A DNA stretch of 64,000 bases from Octopus sinensis (GCF_006345805.1 NC_043001.1:55924001-55988000); one strand, 5' to 3'. Positions 12,292 through 24,473 are shown, numbered from the stretch's first letter. The notes: generated from the letters alone by a model not told the origin. Translations and numbers: made by a program.

Positions 12292-12425
12292 AAGTGTGCT
12301 ACTTTTACACTAAAATACCCCTGTAGGGTGCTGTATGCATGGGACTTAAACCCATGTTTGGGGTACATTAGTGTAATGGTAGCACACTTGTCATGAAGGT
12401 GTCGGTTTGAGTCCTATGCATATGG
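12292..12425. repeat. tRNA-like SINE head preceded by two inverted partial copies of itself
   Basis: 12360-12422 tRNA-like (TTAGTGTAATGG, GGTTTGAGTCC); 12292-12321 = rc of 12360-12389; 12332-12352 is about rc of 12404-12422. Confidence 0.7.
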
Positions 12426-12649
12426 CAAAACCTACTTTTTTCCATCAGGGGCTTATATACCTCAACATATAGACTATTTATTTTAGTCAATGCATGGTGA
12501 TTGCTTATAAGCTTTAAGCTTATAAATATATATATATATATATATATATAGGAATCAGTGGAGAAATGAAAGAAATGGGCACACAATACATTTGATAGGA
12601 GTTACATGTATTATTATTATTTAAAACAGTTTGATTAGGCTCTATGCAA

Positions 12650-13030
12650 CTTAAAGTTTCGTGGACTGCTAACAGAAACCAATCTCTTTCTGGCTTTAGA
12701 TTACTGAATTGGCAACCTAAGCTTGAAAGAGACAGGTTTCTGTGAGAGACTTTGCTTCAGCTCCATGTTTGATGCATAACCTTAAGCGGCTTATTTCATA
12801 GAAATTCTCAGTTGTCATCTATACTACAAGTATCTAAGACTTCCTCTGTGCAGTCAGTTTAGAAGTTCTAAATCTATTCCCAATTGTCGGATCTTTTAGT
12901 TTCCATATTTTCCTTTAGAATGTTCTGATTAATTTCCTAGCAATGACTCTGAAGCCACTTGCCACTAATCTGTGTTACATAGTGCATTCTTTATCAGGAA
13001 AGGCTTTGGTAGATATAACAGTCCTTCTCT
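12650..13030 (-). pseudogene. Decayed RTE ORF2 fragment (endonuclease C-terminus/linker)
   Basis: Minus-strand translation TKAFPDKECTM*HRLVASGFRVIARKLI..RKIWKLKDP..DDN*EFL. Confidence 0.7.
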
Positions 13031-13202
13031 CCCGTCTTCTAGTACAAATGTAATCTGTCTGGCTTGTGTGTTTTTGCCAGATTGGGCGATAAGGTGTTTG
13101 GCTGGTTTCCTAAAGTGTATGTAGCAAATTGCTTTATCAGTGCATCCCAGAACACCAAGGGCCTAACACTCACCTCATTTGTGTGTGTGTGTGTGTGTGT
13201 AT

Positions 13203-13611
13203 CTCTTTTACTGTCTTTTACTCTTTTATTTGTTTCAGTTATTTGCCTGTCGCCATGCTGGAGCACTGCCTTTAGTCGAGCAAATCAACTCCAGGACTTA
13301 TTCTTTGTAAGCCTAGTAGTTATTCTATCAGTAAGTTACGGGGACATAAACACACCCCCATTGGTTGTCAAGCGATGTTGGGGGGACAAACACAGACACA
13401 CAAACATATACACACACACACATATATATATATATATACATATATATGACGGGCTTCTTTCAGTTTCCATCTACCAAATCTACTCACAAGGCTTTGGTCA
13501 ACCCGAGGCTATAGTAGAAGACACTTGCCTAAGGGGCCACGCAGTGGGACTGAACCCGGAACCATGTGGCTGGTAAGCAAGCTACTTACCACACAGCCAC
13601 TCCTATGCCTA
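13203..13611 (-). mobile_element. Bipartite tRNA-derived SINE with internal (TA/CA) microsatellite (family A)
   Basis: Head GGAGTGGCTGTGTGGTAAG..GGGTTCAGTCCC, internal microsatellite, tail ...GACTGAAACAAGTAAAAGAG; at least 6 full copies in the window. Confidence 0.9.
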
Positions 13612-13620
13612 TGTATATGA

Positions 13621-13655
<35 letters not shown>

Positions 13656-13832
13656 CATATATATACATTGAGAGAGAGCTATTACATTTTACTTGTTTCA
13701 GTCATCAGACTAGGGCCATGCTGGGGCACCAACTTGAAAAATTTCAGTCAAATGAATCTGCCCTACTACTTTTCCTTTAAGCCTGATATTTATTCCTTCA
13801 ATCTCTTTTGAGATTGACGATGTAAACACACC

Positions 13833-14001
13833 AGGTATTTTTCGATATTATCATTCAGGTCACTGCCCCGAATCGAACTTGGAATCTCAGGGTTAGTAGC
13901 CTGCACTCTTAACCACTACGCCATATGCCCGTATGTGGTTAAGAGCATGGGCTACTAACCCCAAGATTCCAAGTTCAATTCCAGGCAGTGACCTGAATAA
14001 A

Positions 14002-14038
<37 letters not shown>

Positions 14039-14180
14039 TTGAAAAATACCTTAGGAATGAGAACCCAGGTTTGAAATTTCCCCAAGACACCTGATGAAGG
14101 CTGGAGGGTATATCAGCCGAAACGTTGTGTTAACAAAAAACAAGATGAGGACAAATATCCATCAAATGCAAATAATGTAA
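13833..14180 (+). mobile_element. tRNA-headed, hammerhead-containing retroelement with inverted 5' duplication (Penelope-type non-autonomous)
   Basis: 13833-13929 is about rc of 13930-14052; tRNA-like A/B boxes; hammerhead core downstream. Confidence 0.75.
14086..14131 (+). ncRNA. Minimal type-I hammerhead ribozyme
   Basis: Stem I GACAC/GTGTT, CTGATGA (14091-97), extra A, stem II GGCTG/CAGCC with 10-nt loop, GAAA (14119-22), palindromic stem III AC/GT, triplet GUU. Confidence 0.75.
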
Positions 14181-14358
14181 GGCTTCTTTCAGTTTCTGTC
14201 TACCAAATCCTTTCACAAGGGTTTGGTTCACCCAAGGTTCCACACAACTGGACTGAACCTAGAATCATTTGGTTGGGAAGCAAGCTTCAATTCACACAGC
14301 TATGTACATCTATCTATCTATATACACACACACACACATATATATACGTACATACATT

Positions 14359-14390
<32 letters not shown>

Positions 14391-14944
14391 TTTACACACA
14401 CACACACACACACACAAAAATACATACACGCATACATATATATGAATGATGTGAGTGAACAAAGTGACACTCAACAGATTTCGTAGGAGTTATATATATC
14501 CTTATAACAGTCAAGCTGTCATTAAATATACATACATAAATACACACACACTCACACATACGTTTATAGTGTTTGTGTATATCAATAATAAATTTGTGAA
14601 TGAGCTGAGATTTTAAAAAGTAAATATTAGATGAGATTGTCTGTTATTCAACAGCAATATAAACAGGGAAATGTAGTGAGTACTATATACATATAAATTC
14701 AGTAACAAGCATGCATACACATACAGCATGAACAATCTTTCAGCCCAAATGTATGATGAGTGTTATTCTGTTTCTATTAAAAAAATGTAATCTATTCAAT
14801 AAGTAGAAGCTGATAAATGAGAAACTTATGATTATGTAATAGATTATATGAACCATAGCTATATATATATATATCATATGCCAACCATAGTTATATATAT
14901 ATATATATGCATATTCATACATGTGAAAATATAATTGCTAACAC

Positions 14945-14957
14945 ATACTATATATAT

Positions 14958-15020
<63 letters not shown>

Positions 15021-15177
15021 GAGAGAGAAAGAGAGACAGATACATACACCCACAATGAGTGTGTGTATCTATATATATAAATATATATATATACACAGAT
15101 ATATGTATGTGAACCTTGCATAGAACTACATGTTAAATACATACATATGCATACATACATCATACATATATGAACAT

Positions 15178-15211
<34 letters not shown>

Positions 15212-15301
15212 ATGTGCATATGCACATACTTATGTTCGTGTGTGTGTAAATATATATATATATATATATATATACCCAAAGTATATATATATATATACAT
15301 A

Positions 15302-15352
<51 letters not shown>

Positions 15353-15600
15353 ATATATATATATATATATACACATGTATGCATACATATACACATACAT
15401 ATACATAAATATACTTATACGTACATACAGACATACACACATATATATGTGCATATACACATACATACACATACATATACATGTACATACATGTACAGAC
15501 ATATACACATATATATATATATATATGTGCACTTGTGCACATACATACATACATGTATATATATATGTTCATATATATATGATTTATGTATATGTATGTG
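14945..15600. repeat. Compound microsatellite block (CA, TA, GA, TCTA)
   Basis: Directly visible. Confidence 0.95.
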
Positions 15601-16201
15601 TTTAACATGTAGTTCTATGCAAGATTCACATATTTACATATGTATATACATTTCAAGTATAAAATGTTTGTGTTGACCAAGTGACGACAATGATTCTCAT
15701 TCGGCCATTGAGTTAGAGAAAAAAACATAAAGAACGGAATCACTTTTTCATCTCTAATAAGGATGCTTGATGTCTGTGAAGAATCTTTCAGTTGTATGTC
15801 CGTTGTCATATCTCAAAGAAACCAGTTCTGACTGCTCCCAGCAGATGGTTACTGCTTGGCTTTGTTGAACTAAAAAGGCTGATGTATGATTCTACAGAAT
15901 CTAAAACGCCCAACATCCTTCAATGCTATTTCCTTTCTCTTTGAAGGTATTATCATTCTTCTGTCAATACTCTCTCTTTCTCTTTGATTGTGTTCTTACA
16001 ACCTTTCTTCCTTGCTATCTTTCTCCATTTATTTATTTTATTTATTTATTTTATTTTTGCTGTTTATGTTTTTCTTCCCTGCCTAAAGAAAAATGTTTGA
16101 ATCCTTGGAGCTTTTACAGTTCAAATATCTCAAGGAATGGGTGTGTTGTATCATCTTATTGATTTGTTTTTACAAGTCATCAAGCTGATTTCATATAAGA
16201 T

Positions 16202-16204
<3 letters not shown>

Positions 16205-16261
<57 letters not shown>

Positions 16262-16315
16262 CATACATATGTATCTACATACATTTATGCATACACAGAC
16301 ATGTATATGTGTGTG

Positions 16316-16348
<33 letters not shown>

Positions 16349-17110
16349 CATATATACATATTAGTGTATGCATAACGGTATGTAGATGTGTATGTATGTG
16401 TGTGTGTGCATATATTATAAACACACACACATACACACATACATACACATCAACATAGAGTTATGCATACACAAATATGAATATATGTATATATATATAT
16501 ATAATATATATATAATATATATATATATATATTATATATATATATATACACACACATATATATATATATCCAAATATGTATATATATCCTACATATACAC
16601 ATACACACACACATGTACATTATATGTATATGTAAGTATACACACACATGCAGATACACATCTACATGCATATCTATGCACACATACACATATGTATAAA
16701 GTTATATACATATATATACACACATATCCCTTATATATGTGTGACTATATATATTATATATATATATGCATGCATACACAGGCAAACATGTATACATGCG
16801 GATGTTAAATAATGATGATACACATTTACATTTACATACTGATGCATATACACGTAATCACATATATAGATGAATAAACACATATACACACACACAAATA
16901 CATACACACACATATGCCTATATATTTCTATGTACAGACATACATGTTTACATATAGATATACGTACACACACACACATATATATATATTTTCACATACA
17001 TACATGCACAAATGTATATTTCAATATATGTATATATATGTACATACATATGCACAAATGTATATTACAATATACACATATATATATATATATATATATA
17101 TGCACATATA
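16205..17110. repeat. About 0.9-kb imperfect TA/CA microsatellite block
   Basis: Directly visible. Confidence 0.95.
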
Positions 17111-17890
17111 CATTTTTCTCTCTTTCCACACACTTTTGCAACCTATCCAGCCATTCATCATCTATCTTTTTTTCTCTCTAATTCTTCTCTTGTCTACTGT
17201 ATCATCCCTACTATTCTGCATCATTGGTTACCCCTACCCCTTATCCAACACTCACCCAATGCAATCTCTACAGTTGTCACCTACACTTCCTTTCTCCTCC
17301 TATTTATCCACTCAATGCTTCTTCTTCCTTCATTATATAAACACTCTGACACATACCTCATCTCTCACTCTCATATATTCTTGTAACCTCTACCCATCCA
17401 TCCATCCATCCATCCATATACCTGGATCTTCTGTCCCCATGCACTTCTGTTCACATCATACCTTGAAAGACACAGATACCTCCTCACCATTCTTTTTGTC
17501 TTTTCCCAGCTCCAGCCCGATTACCCTGACCTTTCAAAAATGTGATTTGCCATGTAGCTCCTTAATAGCAAGAAACCATTTTTGCTCTTGGTGCTTCTAT
17601 CATACATTAATCCCTCATCTTCTAGCATAAGGCCACTTCTCTCAGGGTTTGTAGTCTTGCCTGCTACATAGTGATCACACAAGGGCTGGTGTCATGAAAA
17701 GAAAAAAGTACCCAGGACACAGTTTAAAATGGTTGGTGTTCAGAAAGGCATATGGCTATAGAGACCATGTCAAAATATGTAATGGAGCACAATGTATTCC
17801 TTGGACCTGTCAAGCCATCCAACCTATGCCAGCATGGTACATGGACACTAGATCATGTCAATGAGAAGATGATGTATTTATACAAAACGC

Positions 17891-17924
<34 letters not shown>

Positions 17925-17987
17925 GTATATATATATACACACACACACACACATAGGTGCATATATACATACACACACATATATACA

Positions 17988-18052
<65 letters not shown>

Positions 18053-18262
18053 ATATATACATATATAAATATACATACACACACATATATATAGATTTAT
18101 ATTCATAAATGTGTATAGATATTTGTGTATATACAATTATTCCTTTAGACATAGATATATATATATGGCTGTTAGAGCAAAGGTGATAAATTAGAGATGG
18201 GAAACTACAGAGGTATGGAACTGTTGGATCAGGTGAAGTTTGCAGACAAGTTATAGTACAAG

Positions 18263-18266
<4 letters not shown>

Positions 18267-18305
<39 letters not shown>

Positions 18306-18320
18306 AGAGAGAGAGAGAGG

Positions 18321-18358
<38 letters not shown>
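18267..18358. repeat. (GA)n microsatellite
   Basis: Directly visible. Confidence 0.97.
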
Positions 18359-18364
18359 TGCTGT

Positions 18365-19640
18365 TTGATTCTATACTAAGTGCTACTGTTGCCATCTTCC
18401 TAGTGAGACAACTGCAAGTGAAGTATCCTGTCAGAAATTAGGACCTATAACTGGCTTTTGCTGATCTAGAAATGTGTTTTGATAGGAAGCCTCATTCTGT
18501 GATCTTCTTGTTACTGAAGATGCTTGGAGTGAATATATGACTTATGAGAATTGTGCAAGCCATATATAAAGATGCAGTCAACTGGGGGAGGATTAGGGAT
18601 AAGTAAAGTAATGAATTTGGTGTTAAGGTGGGAGTACATGAGGATTCCCTTCTGTTCATTATAATTTTTTAAGCCATTGCAAAACGATTTAAGACTAGCT
18701 ATCATGGGAGCTTCATTTGGCTGTTGATCAAGCTCTTATCGCTGAATTTGTTGTAGAATAAAAAACAAGTAATTCCAAATATACAAACAAAAATCTGGAA
18801 TGAAGGAGCCTTGAAGTGTATGTAGCTAGAACTAAGGTCTTAGTAAGTAAAGTAAGTTGAAAAGAAGACTGGATCCTGCTTTCATCAGAAAAACAGCTTT
18901 GCTTATGTTGAAAACGGGTAGGTTGAAATTCCAAATGTTGAACTCAGTGTAAACTGTGAACACACAAGACATGAAGATGTGCAGAAAGTACAAAGAGTAC
19001 TTGCAATATAGATTTCATTGAATATACCCGCTTTGTTCTCTAAAAGTAATTGATAGATTCTGTTACCTGGGAGCTGTAATCAGAAGTGGAGGACAGGTGT
19101 TCTGAAAGAATAGTTACCAAAGTAGGAACTGGTTGAAGAAAGGGCAAGGAACAGTTACTTCTTGAAAGTGAAGGGCAGATAGTATGATTCTTGCATGTGA
19201 AGTGCAATGGGACACGGTAATGTAATGCAGAAGTTGTATGCGGTGGAACTGCAAAGCCTAGAGTAAAACAAAGCACACTCCACTGGGTGTATAATACTAG
19301 TATATATAAATGATAAAATACAAATGAACTGAATGACAAAACTTAACATAAGAGGAATCAGATGCAGTGGACAAGACAGGAGATTGTGTTGGTGTGGGCA
19401 TGTGATGCATATAGAGGAGGACAGCTATATAAAAATACACCATGTGTTTTAAATAAATGGAACCTATGGAGGTAGGAGACTGGGGAGGATTTGGTCAAAG
19501 TAGTAAACCAGATCTGAAACTGATATAACTCATGAAGGTGATGGAAAAGGACCATGCTGACTGGCAATAAAATATATGGAAGTCGACCTGTTCTTCACCT
19601 TCTCAAGCATGGCTGAATGGGTACTAAAGTCATGTTAGTT
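18365..19640 (+). pseudogene. Heavily decayed RTE LINE reverse transcriptase to C-terminus
   Basis: [40 protein letters not shown] (PHD remnant), FCYLG, WCGHVM motifs with many stops and frameshifts. Confidence 0.8.
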
Positions 19641-20270
19641 ATATTTGCACACATACAATCATGTATTGCTAAGCAAATGTACATATGTATTGGTGTGCAT
19701 GTATGTGTACATAGTCTCCAGGACTGACCTCTCCGACAGCCTCTCTCACATGTCTAACACCTATATAACTTGCCCTACTATTTCCTGACTCCAGCATTAT
19801 ATATCGCTGTCACTCATCTGTCTATTGCCTATAAACACTGTCATAAATATATCTTTCACCTGTGTTTTTATCTCTTTTACTTGTGCTCCTAGCACCTATG
19901 CCTCACTTAAACGTTTCCAAACCACTTGTCCAAATATCAATCACACTGCATTATACTGCTGGTATGACTAAGGATGATAGCAGTTCTCTCACTTCTGTTT
20001 GTCACACACTGCACTCTCTCACCTGTGTCTTTGTGGTTCATCTATTATTCATCAAGCATATATTTACACTCACACACACACATTACGCATATACATAGGC
20101 ATATATACATATACATGAAACATAGAATACAAACAGACACACACATATATAAATATCTATATTCATGATGATATATTTACACATGGACATAGACATAAAT
20201 ATGTATAAATATATGGATAATTATAAATCTATTTATGTATATATCTATATATATGCACATATATATACTC

Positions 20271-20317
<47 letters not shown>

Positions 20318-20556
20318 AATACATGCATATATATTTATGCATATATATATATATATATATAAAGATATATATATATAAATATGCATACATATGCATATAT
20401 ATATGAATATATTTGCATATATATATATGCATATATATGCATATATATATATATATATATATATATACAGTTAGAGATAAAACCACTATTAGGCAACTCA
20501 AACAGTTCTCTCACTTCTGTTTGTCGCACACTGCACTCTCTCTCTCTCTCTCTACA

Positions 20557-21200
20557 TCTCTATATATAAAACTGAAATGTGTTTTTACTGCTTGGCTCGC
20601 TTTCATTGCCACAACATCCCGTCCAATTCGCTCCAAAATAGGGACATGTAAAATGAGGTGACGATGCCCGTGGGCTACCTTAGAAATCCCTATCTTAAAA
20701 GGTGTGGTTGCTAGGGGCCATCTTCCTCACTCACGCTATTTCCTCCATTCCCCTCTAACTCCCCTTCAAAAATAACTTTGACAAGTCCACTCACGTTATT
20801 TAATGTATCTGTCTTCCTCAACTCACTCTCGCTGTTTCCTCTCTTCCCAGCACATTTTCACTCACTCTATTTCTTACCTTCCCATAACTTTCACTTAAGT
20901 ATCTGTCTGCATTCATAGAGAGAAACAAATATTCCATCGCCATCGCCATCGCATTCTATTGTCTACCTGTCAACGCGCCGAGCGTTTGTGTTCTGGTGAT
21001 AACAGGTTTTTCGTATCTATTACATTTTAACATTTATTTAGAACCCTGCAAATTTTTCGTGCTAAATTTTCATTTTTTACTACTTTATTATTTTTTCTTA
21101 AATTGATGCTTTTATTACAATTAAGTCTAATTGTCTGGGTCAACAGTTCGTTTCCTCGGAGGATATGGAAATTCTTATTACCCATCAGAGAAATAACTCC
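20557..21200 (+). mobile_element. Possible non-autonomous Helitron, 5' part
   Basis: A^TCTCTATATATAAAAC 5' end typical of Helitron-N; locally CpG-rich; no matching 3' end seen. Confidence 0.4.
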
Positions 21201-21287
21201 AGCAGCTCACAACTATTTCAACAAAGACAAGGTTACCTGCTTACCAGTCCAATTCAGCGTCAACGCTCATGTATGAGAGACACTCCA

Positions 21288-21318
<31 letters not shown>

Positions 21319-22129
21319 TATATATATATGATGTGTGCATTATGTGGTCGGTTGAGCTGAAAATATGCACACCTATGTTAAAAGTGCTGGCAAGTTTGCA
21401 TGACAACTATTTTTTTCCTCAAATGAAAGGCGTGACCTCTAGGACAAAATTCCTCATCTTATAAAATGTGGCCCCAGTAGACCCGAATGAAATCGGGTTA
21501 TATTAACTAAAATGTGAAAAGGGGTCTAAATGGGGCTTGAAGGGGATTAAAATTTAAAGGAGCGGGTGTTTAGCAATTCTCTGTTACATCAAGCTAAAAA
21601 ATTTGCGCCAGCCTTTTAATCATCAATGTGTTGCCATCCATGATGAAGAAGTTTTGAATGCTTGCCATTGGTGAGTCTACTGTCGTGAGAAAGAATCAAT
21701 TCAAAATTTGGTGTTTAGGGATTTTCTTTTACATCAAGTTCAAAATTTTACGCCAGCTGTTAAACTGTCAATACGTTGCTGTCCGTCATTAAGAAATGCC
21801 AGCCATGGTGACTCTACTATCCTCAAATTCTATCCCTTCAAACTTTGGTTTCCAATATTTTATTATTTTTATTCATCTCGCAATTTCGTCTGTCCCTTTT
21901 AAATGTTAGTGTTTTGCTGTCTGCCTTGAAGCAGACCTTTCCGTTGTTACTGCCTGATATTTATGATTGATCTTTCTAAATATTTTATTTCTCAACTTAC
22001 TCAAGATCTTTTGTTGTTTATAAATGGGAGAGAGATAGATAAAGATAGAGAGTAAGAGAAAGCGAGGGAGAGTCCGAGAGAAAGGAAGAGTAACAGAGTG
22101 GGAAAGTGAGAGAGAAAGGAGGGAGAATC

Positions 22130-22445
22130 ATCATCATCATCATCATCATCATCGTTTAACGTCTGTTTTCCGCTAGCACGGGTTGGACAGTTTGATCGGG
22201 GTCTGGGAAGCCAGGAGGCTGCACCAGGCTCCAGTCTGATCTGGCAGTGTTTCTACAGGTGGATGCCCTTCCTAACGCCAACCACTCTATGAGCTAGTGG
22301 GTGCTTTTTTCGTGCTGCCGGAACAGGTGCCAGGGGGGCTGACAGTGGCCACGATTGGTTGGTGCTTTTTATGTGCCACCAGCACAGAAGCCAGTCAAGG
22401 CGGCGCTGCAATCCGCCACGTTCGGATGGTGCTTTTTACGTGCTG
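22130..22445 (-). mobile_element. RTE LINE 3' end with 3 UTR repeat units
   Basis: (CAT)n, core, three GGTGCTTTTT(T)A(C/T)GTG motifs. Confidence 0.85.
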
Positions 22446-22630
22446 AAAGGAAGTAACAGAAAGTAACAACCACACTCTTACCCGCGTGTAGAGTGGGTCA
22501 CCTTCAGCTAGTATATATATATATATGCAAATACATCTACAAGCCTATACATATATATGCATGTGTCCGAAGTGTGAAAGTGTTTAGTTACAAAAAATTA
22601 TTTTTTAAATCTGTACGTCAAATGGTAAAG

Positions 22631-22701
<71 letters not shown>

Positions 22702-22703
22702 GT

Positions 22704-24056
22704 AGTGTCAATGTAGCAAAGACCAATGTTATAGTAAGTAGGAAGTCAGCCTCATTACACACACCCTCAAGTAGGTGGCCCTGCTCGATCTGTAGAAAAG
22801 GTGTAGGTAGAAACTTCATAAAATGTACCCAGTGTAAGCTATGGATGCATAAGAGGTGCAGCAACATCAAACGAAAATTTACCGAGAAGATAGCTTTCGC
22901 GTGCGGCAGATGCACAGGGGCAATAGACACCATAGATACTCAGAAAACAGATTCCATCACACTTGAGGGGGATAAACTAGAAATAGTTGATAGTTTCTGC
23001 TACCTAGGTGACCAAGTTAATAGTGGAGGCGGATGTTCAGCGAGTGTTACCACTAGAATACAAATAGCCTGGGCAAAATTTAGAAAGCTTCTACCCCTAC
23101 TGGTGACAAAGGGTCTCTTGTTCAGAGTGAAATGTAGACTGTACGACGCATGTGTGCAAACTGCCATGCTTCACGGGGCTATGACTGCAGGGGTGATGCT
23201 TAGGCCTGAAAGAAATGAAGCTAGCATGAACCACTGGATGTGTAATGTCAGTGTGCACATATGACAGAGTGTAAGCACCTTGAGAGAAATGCTGGACATA
23301 AGAAGATTCAGATGTGGCATGGAAGAGAGACGTTTGCATTGGTATGGTCATGTACTATGGATGGATGAGGAGAGATGTGTGAAGAAGTGCCACTCCCAAA
23401 CAGATGAAGGAATCTGGGGTAGAGGTAGACCTAGGAAGACATGGGATGAGGTGGTTAAGCATGATCTTTGAACGTTGGACCTCACAGAGGTAATGACAAA
23501 AGACTGAGACCTCTGGAGATATGCTGTGAGTGCGAAGGCCCAACAAATAATGTGAGTTCATGGCTGTTTCCTGCACCAGTTCACATAGAAGCCCCAGCCC
23601 ATTCAAAGTACCTTGAATCGCAGGACGGCCTGCTGTGCTTACCTTGCATTGTAGGGTGACCTGCTGTGCTTGAGGAGACTTATTGAGTCAAGTACATCAA
23701 CATCAAAATAAAAAACAAATGGAAATTGTAGTTCTGATACCCATGCCAGTGGCATGTAAAAAGCACCATCTGAACTTGGCCAATGCCAGCACCATCTTGA
23801 CTGGATTCCATGCTGGTGGCACATACAAAGCACCAACCGATCGTGTTTATTGCCAGCCTCCCCTGGAACCTGTTCTGGTGGCATGTAAAATGCACCCACT
23901 ACACTCACGGAGTGGTTGGCATCAGGAAAAGCTGTAGAAAAACTGCCAGATCAGATTGGAGCCTAGTGCAGCCTCGGCTTTCCAGATGCCGGTCAATCCG
24001 TCCAACACATGCTAGCATGGAAACAGACGTTAAACGATGATGATGATGATGATGAT
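22704..24056 (+). mobile_element. 5'-truncated RTE-clade LINE: RT C-terminal part with PHD finger, 3'UTR repeats, (GAT)n tail
   Basis: In-frame SVNVAKTNVI..CSIC..CTQC..HKRC..CGRC..DSFCYLGD..RRLHWYGHV..RGRPRKTW; three TGA stops; tail 24037-24056. Confidence 0.92.
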
Positions 24057-24473
24057 ATACATATGTACATATGCATATATATATGTACATATGCATATAT
24101 TTATTTATATATATATGCATATACTTATATATATATGTATATATATGCATATATATATGTATATACATAAATGTATATAATTATATGTATACTTATGTAT
24201 ATCCATATATATATATATAAGCATATACATGTGTTTTTGTGTGTGATTATATTTTGTTGCCTTGGTAGTACACAATAGTCATAAAATGGACCATGGAGAA
24301 ATATTACCCTGCTTAGTGAAAGGTTATAGTTGGTGACAGGAATGTTATCTGGCCACAGAAAAACTCCATCAATGAATTCTCTCTGTCTCTTGCAAGCATT
24401 GAAAAGCTAACTTTAAAATTATGATGATATGTGCCTGTGTGTGTAGGTGTGTGTGTGTTTGTGTATGTTTATA

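Larger units (their letters stand above)
13680..14300 (-). mobile_element. Older family A SINE split by the hammerhead element
   Basis: Tail half at 13680-13832 and head half at 14180-14300, in the correct order on either side of the insert. Confidence 0.65.

Noticed and set aside
12700-12735. Plus-strand exon in phase with the 8671-8704 candidate
   Set aside because: It lies on the antisense strand of a decayed RTE ORF2 fragment
15700-15960. Minus-strand NSIEGCW motif suggesting a Merlin/IS1595 transposase, and a possible terminal exon (..LRYDNGHTTERFFTDIKHPY*)
   Set aside because: The surrounding transposase motifs are absent, stops intervene, and there is no independent support
14948-17630. 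Many 60-240 aa ORFs rich in YI/HT/CV (also at 0.8, 8.7, 20, 26-27, 30, 42 kb)
   Set aside because: Translations of TA/CA/TG microsatellites
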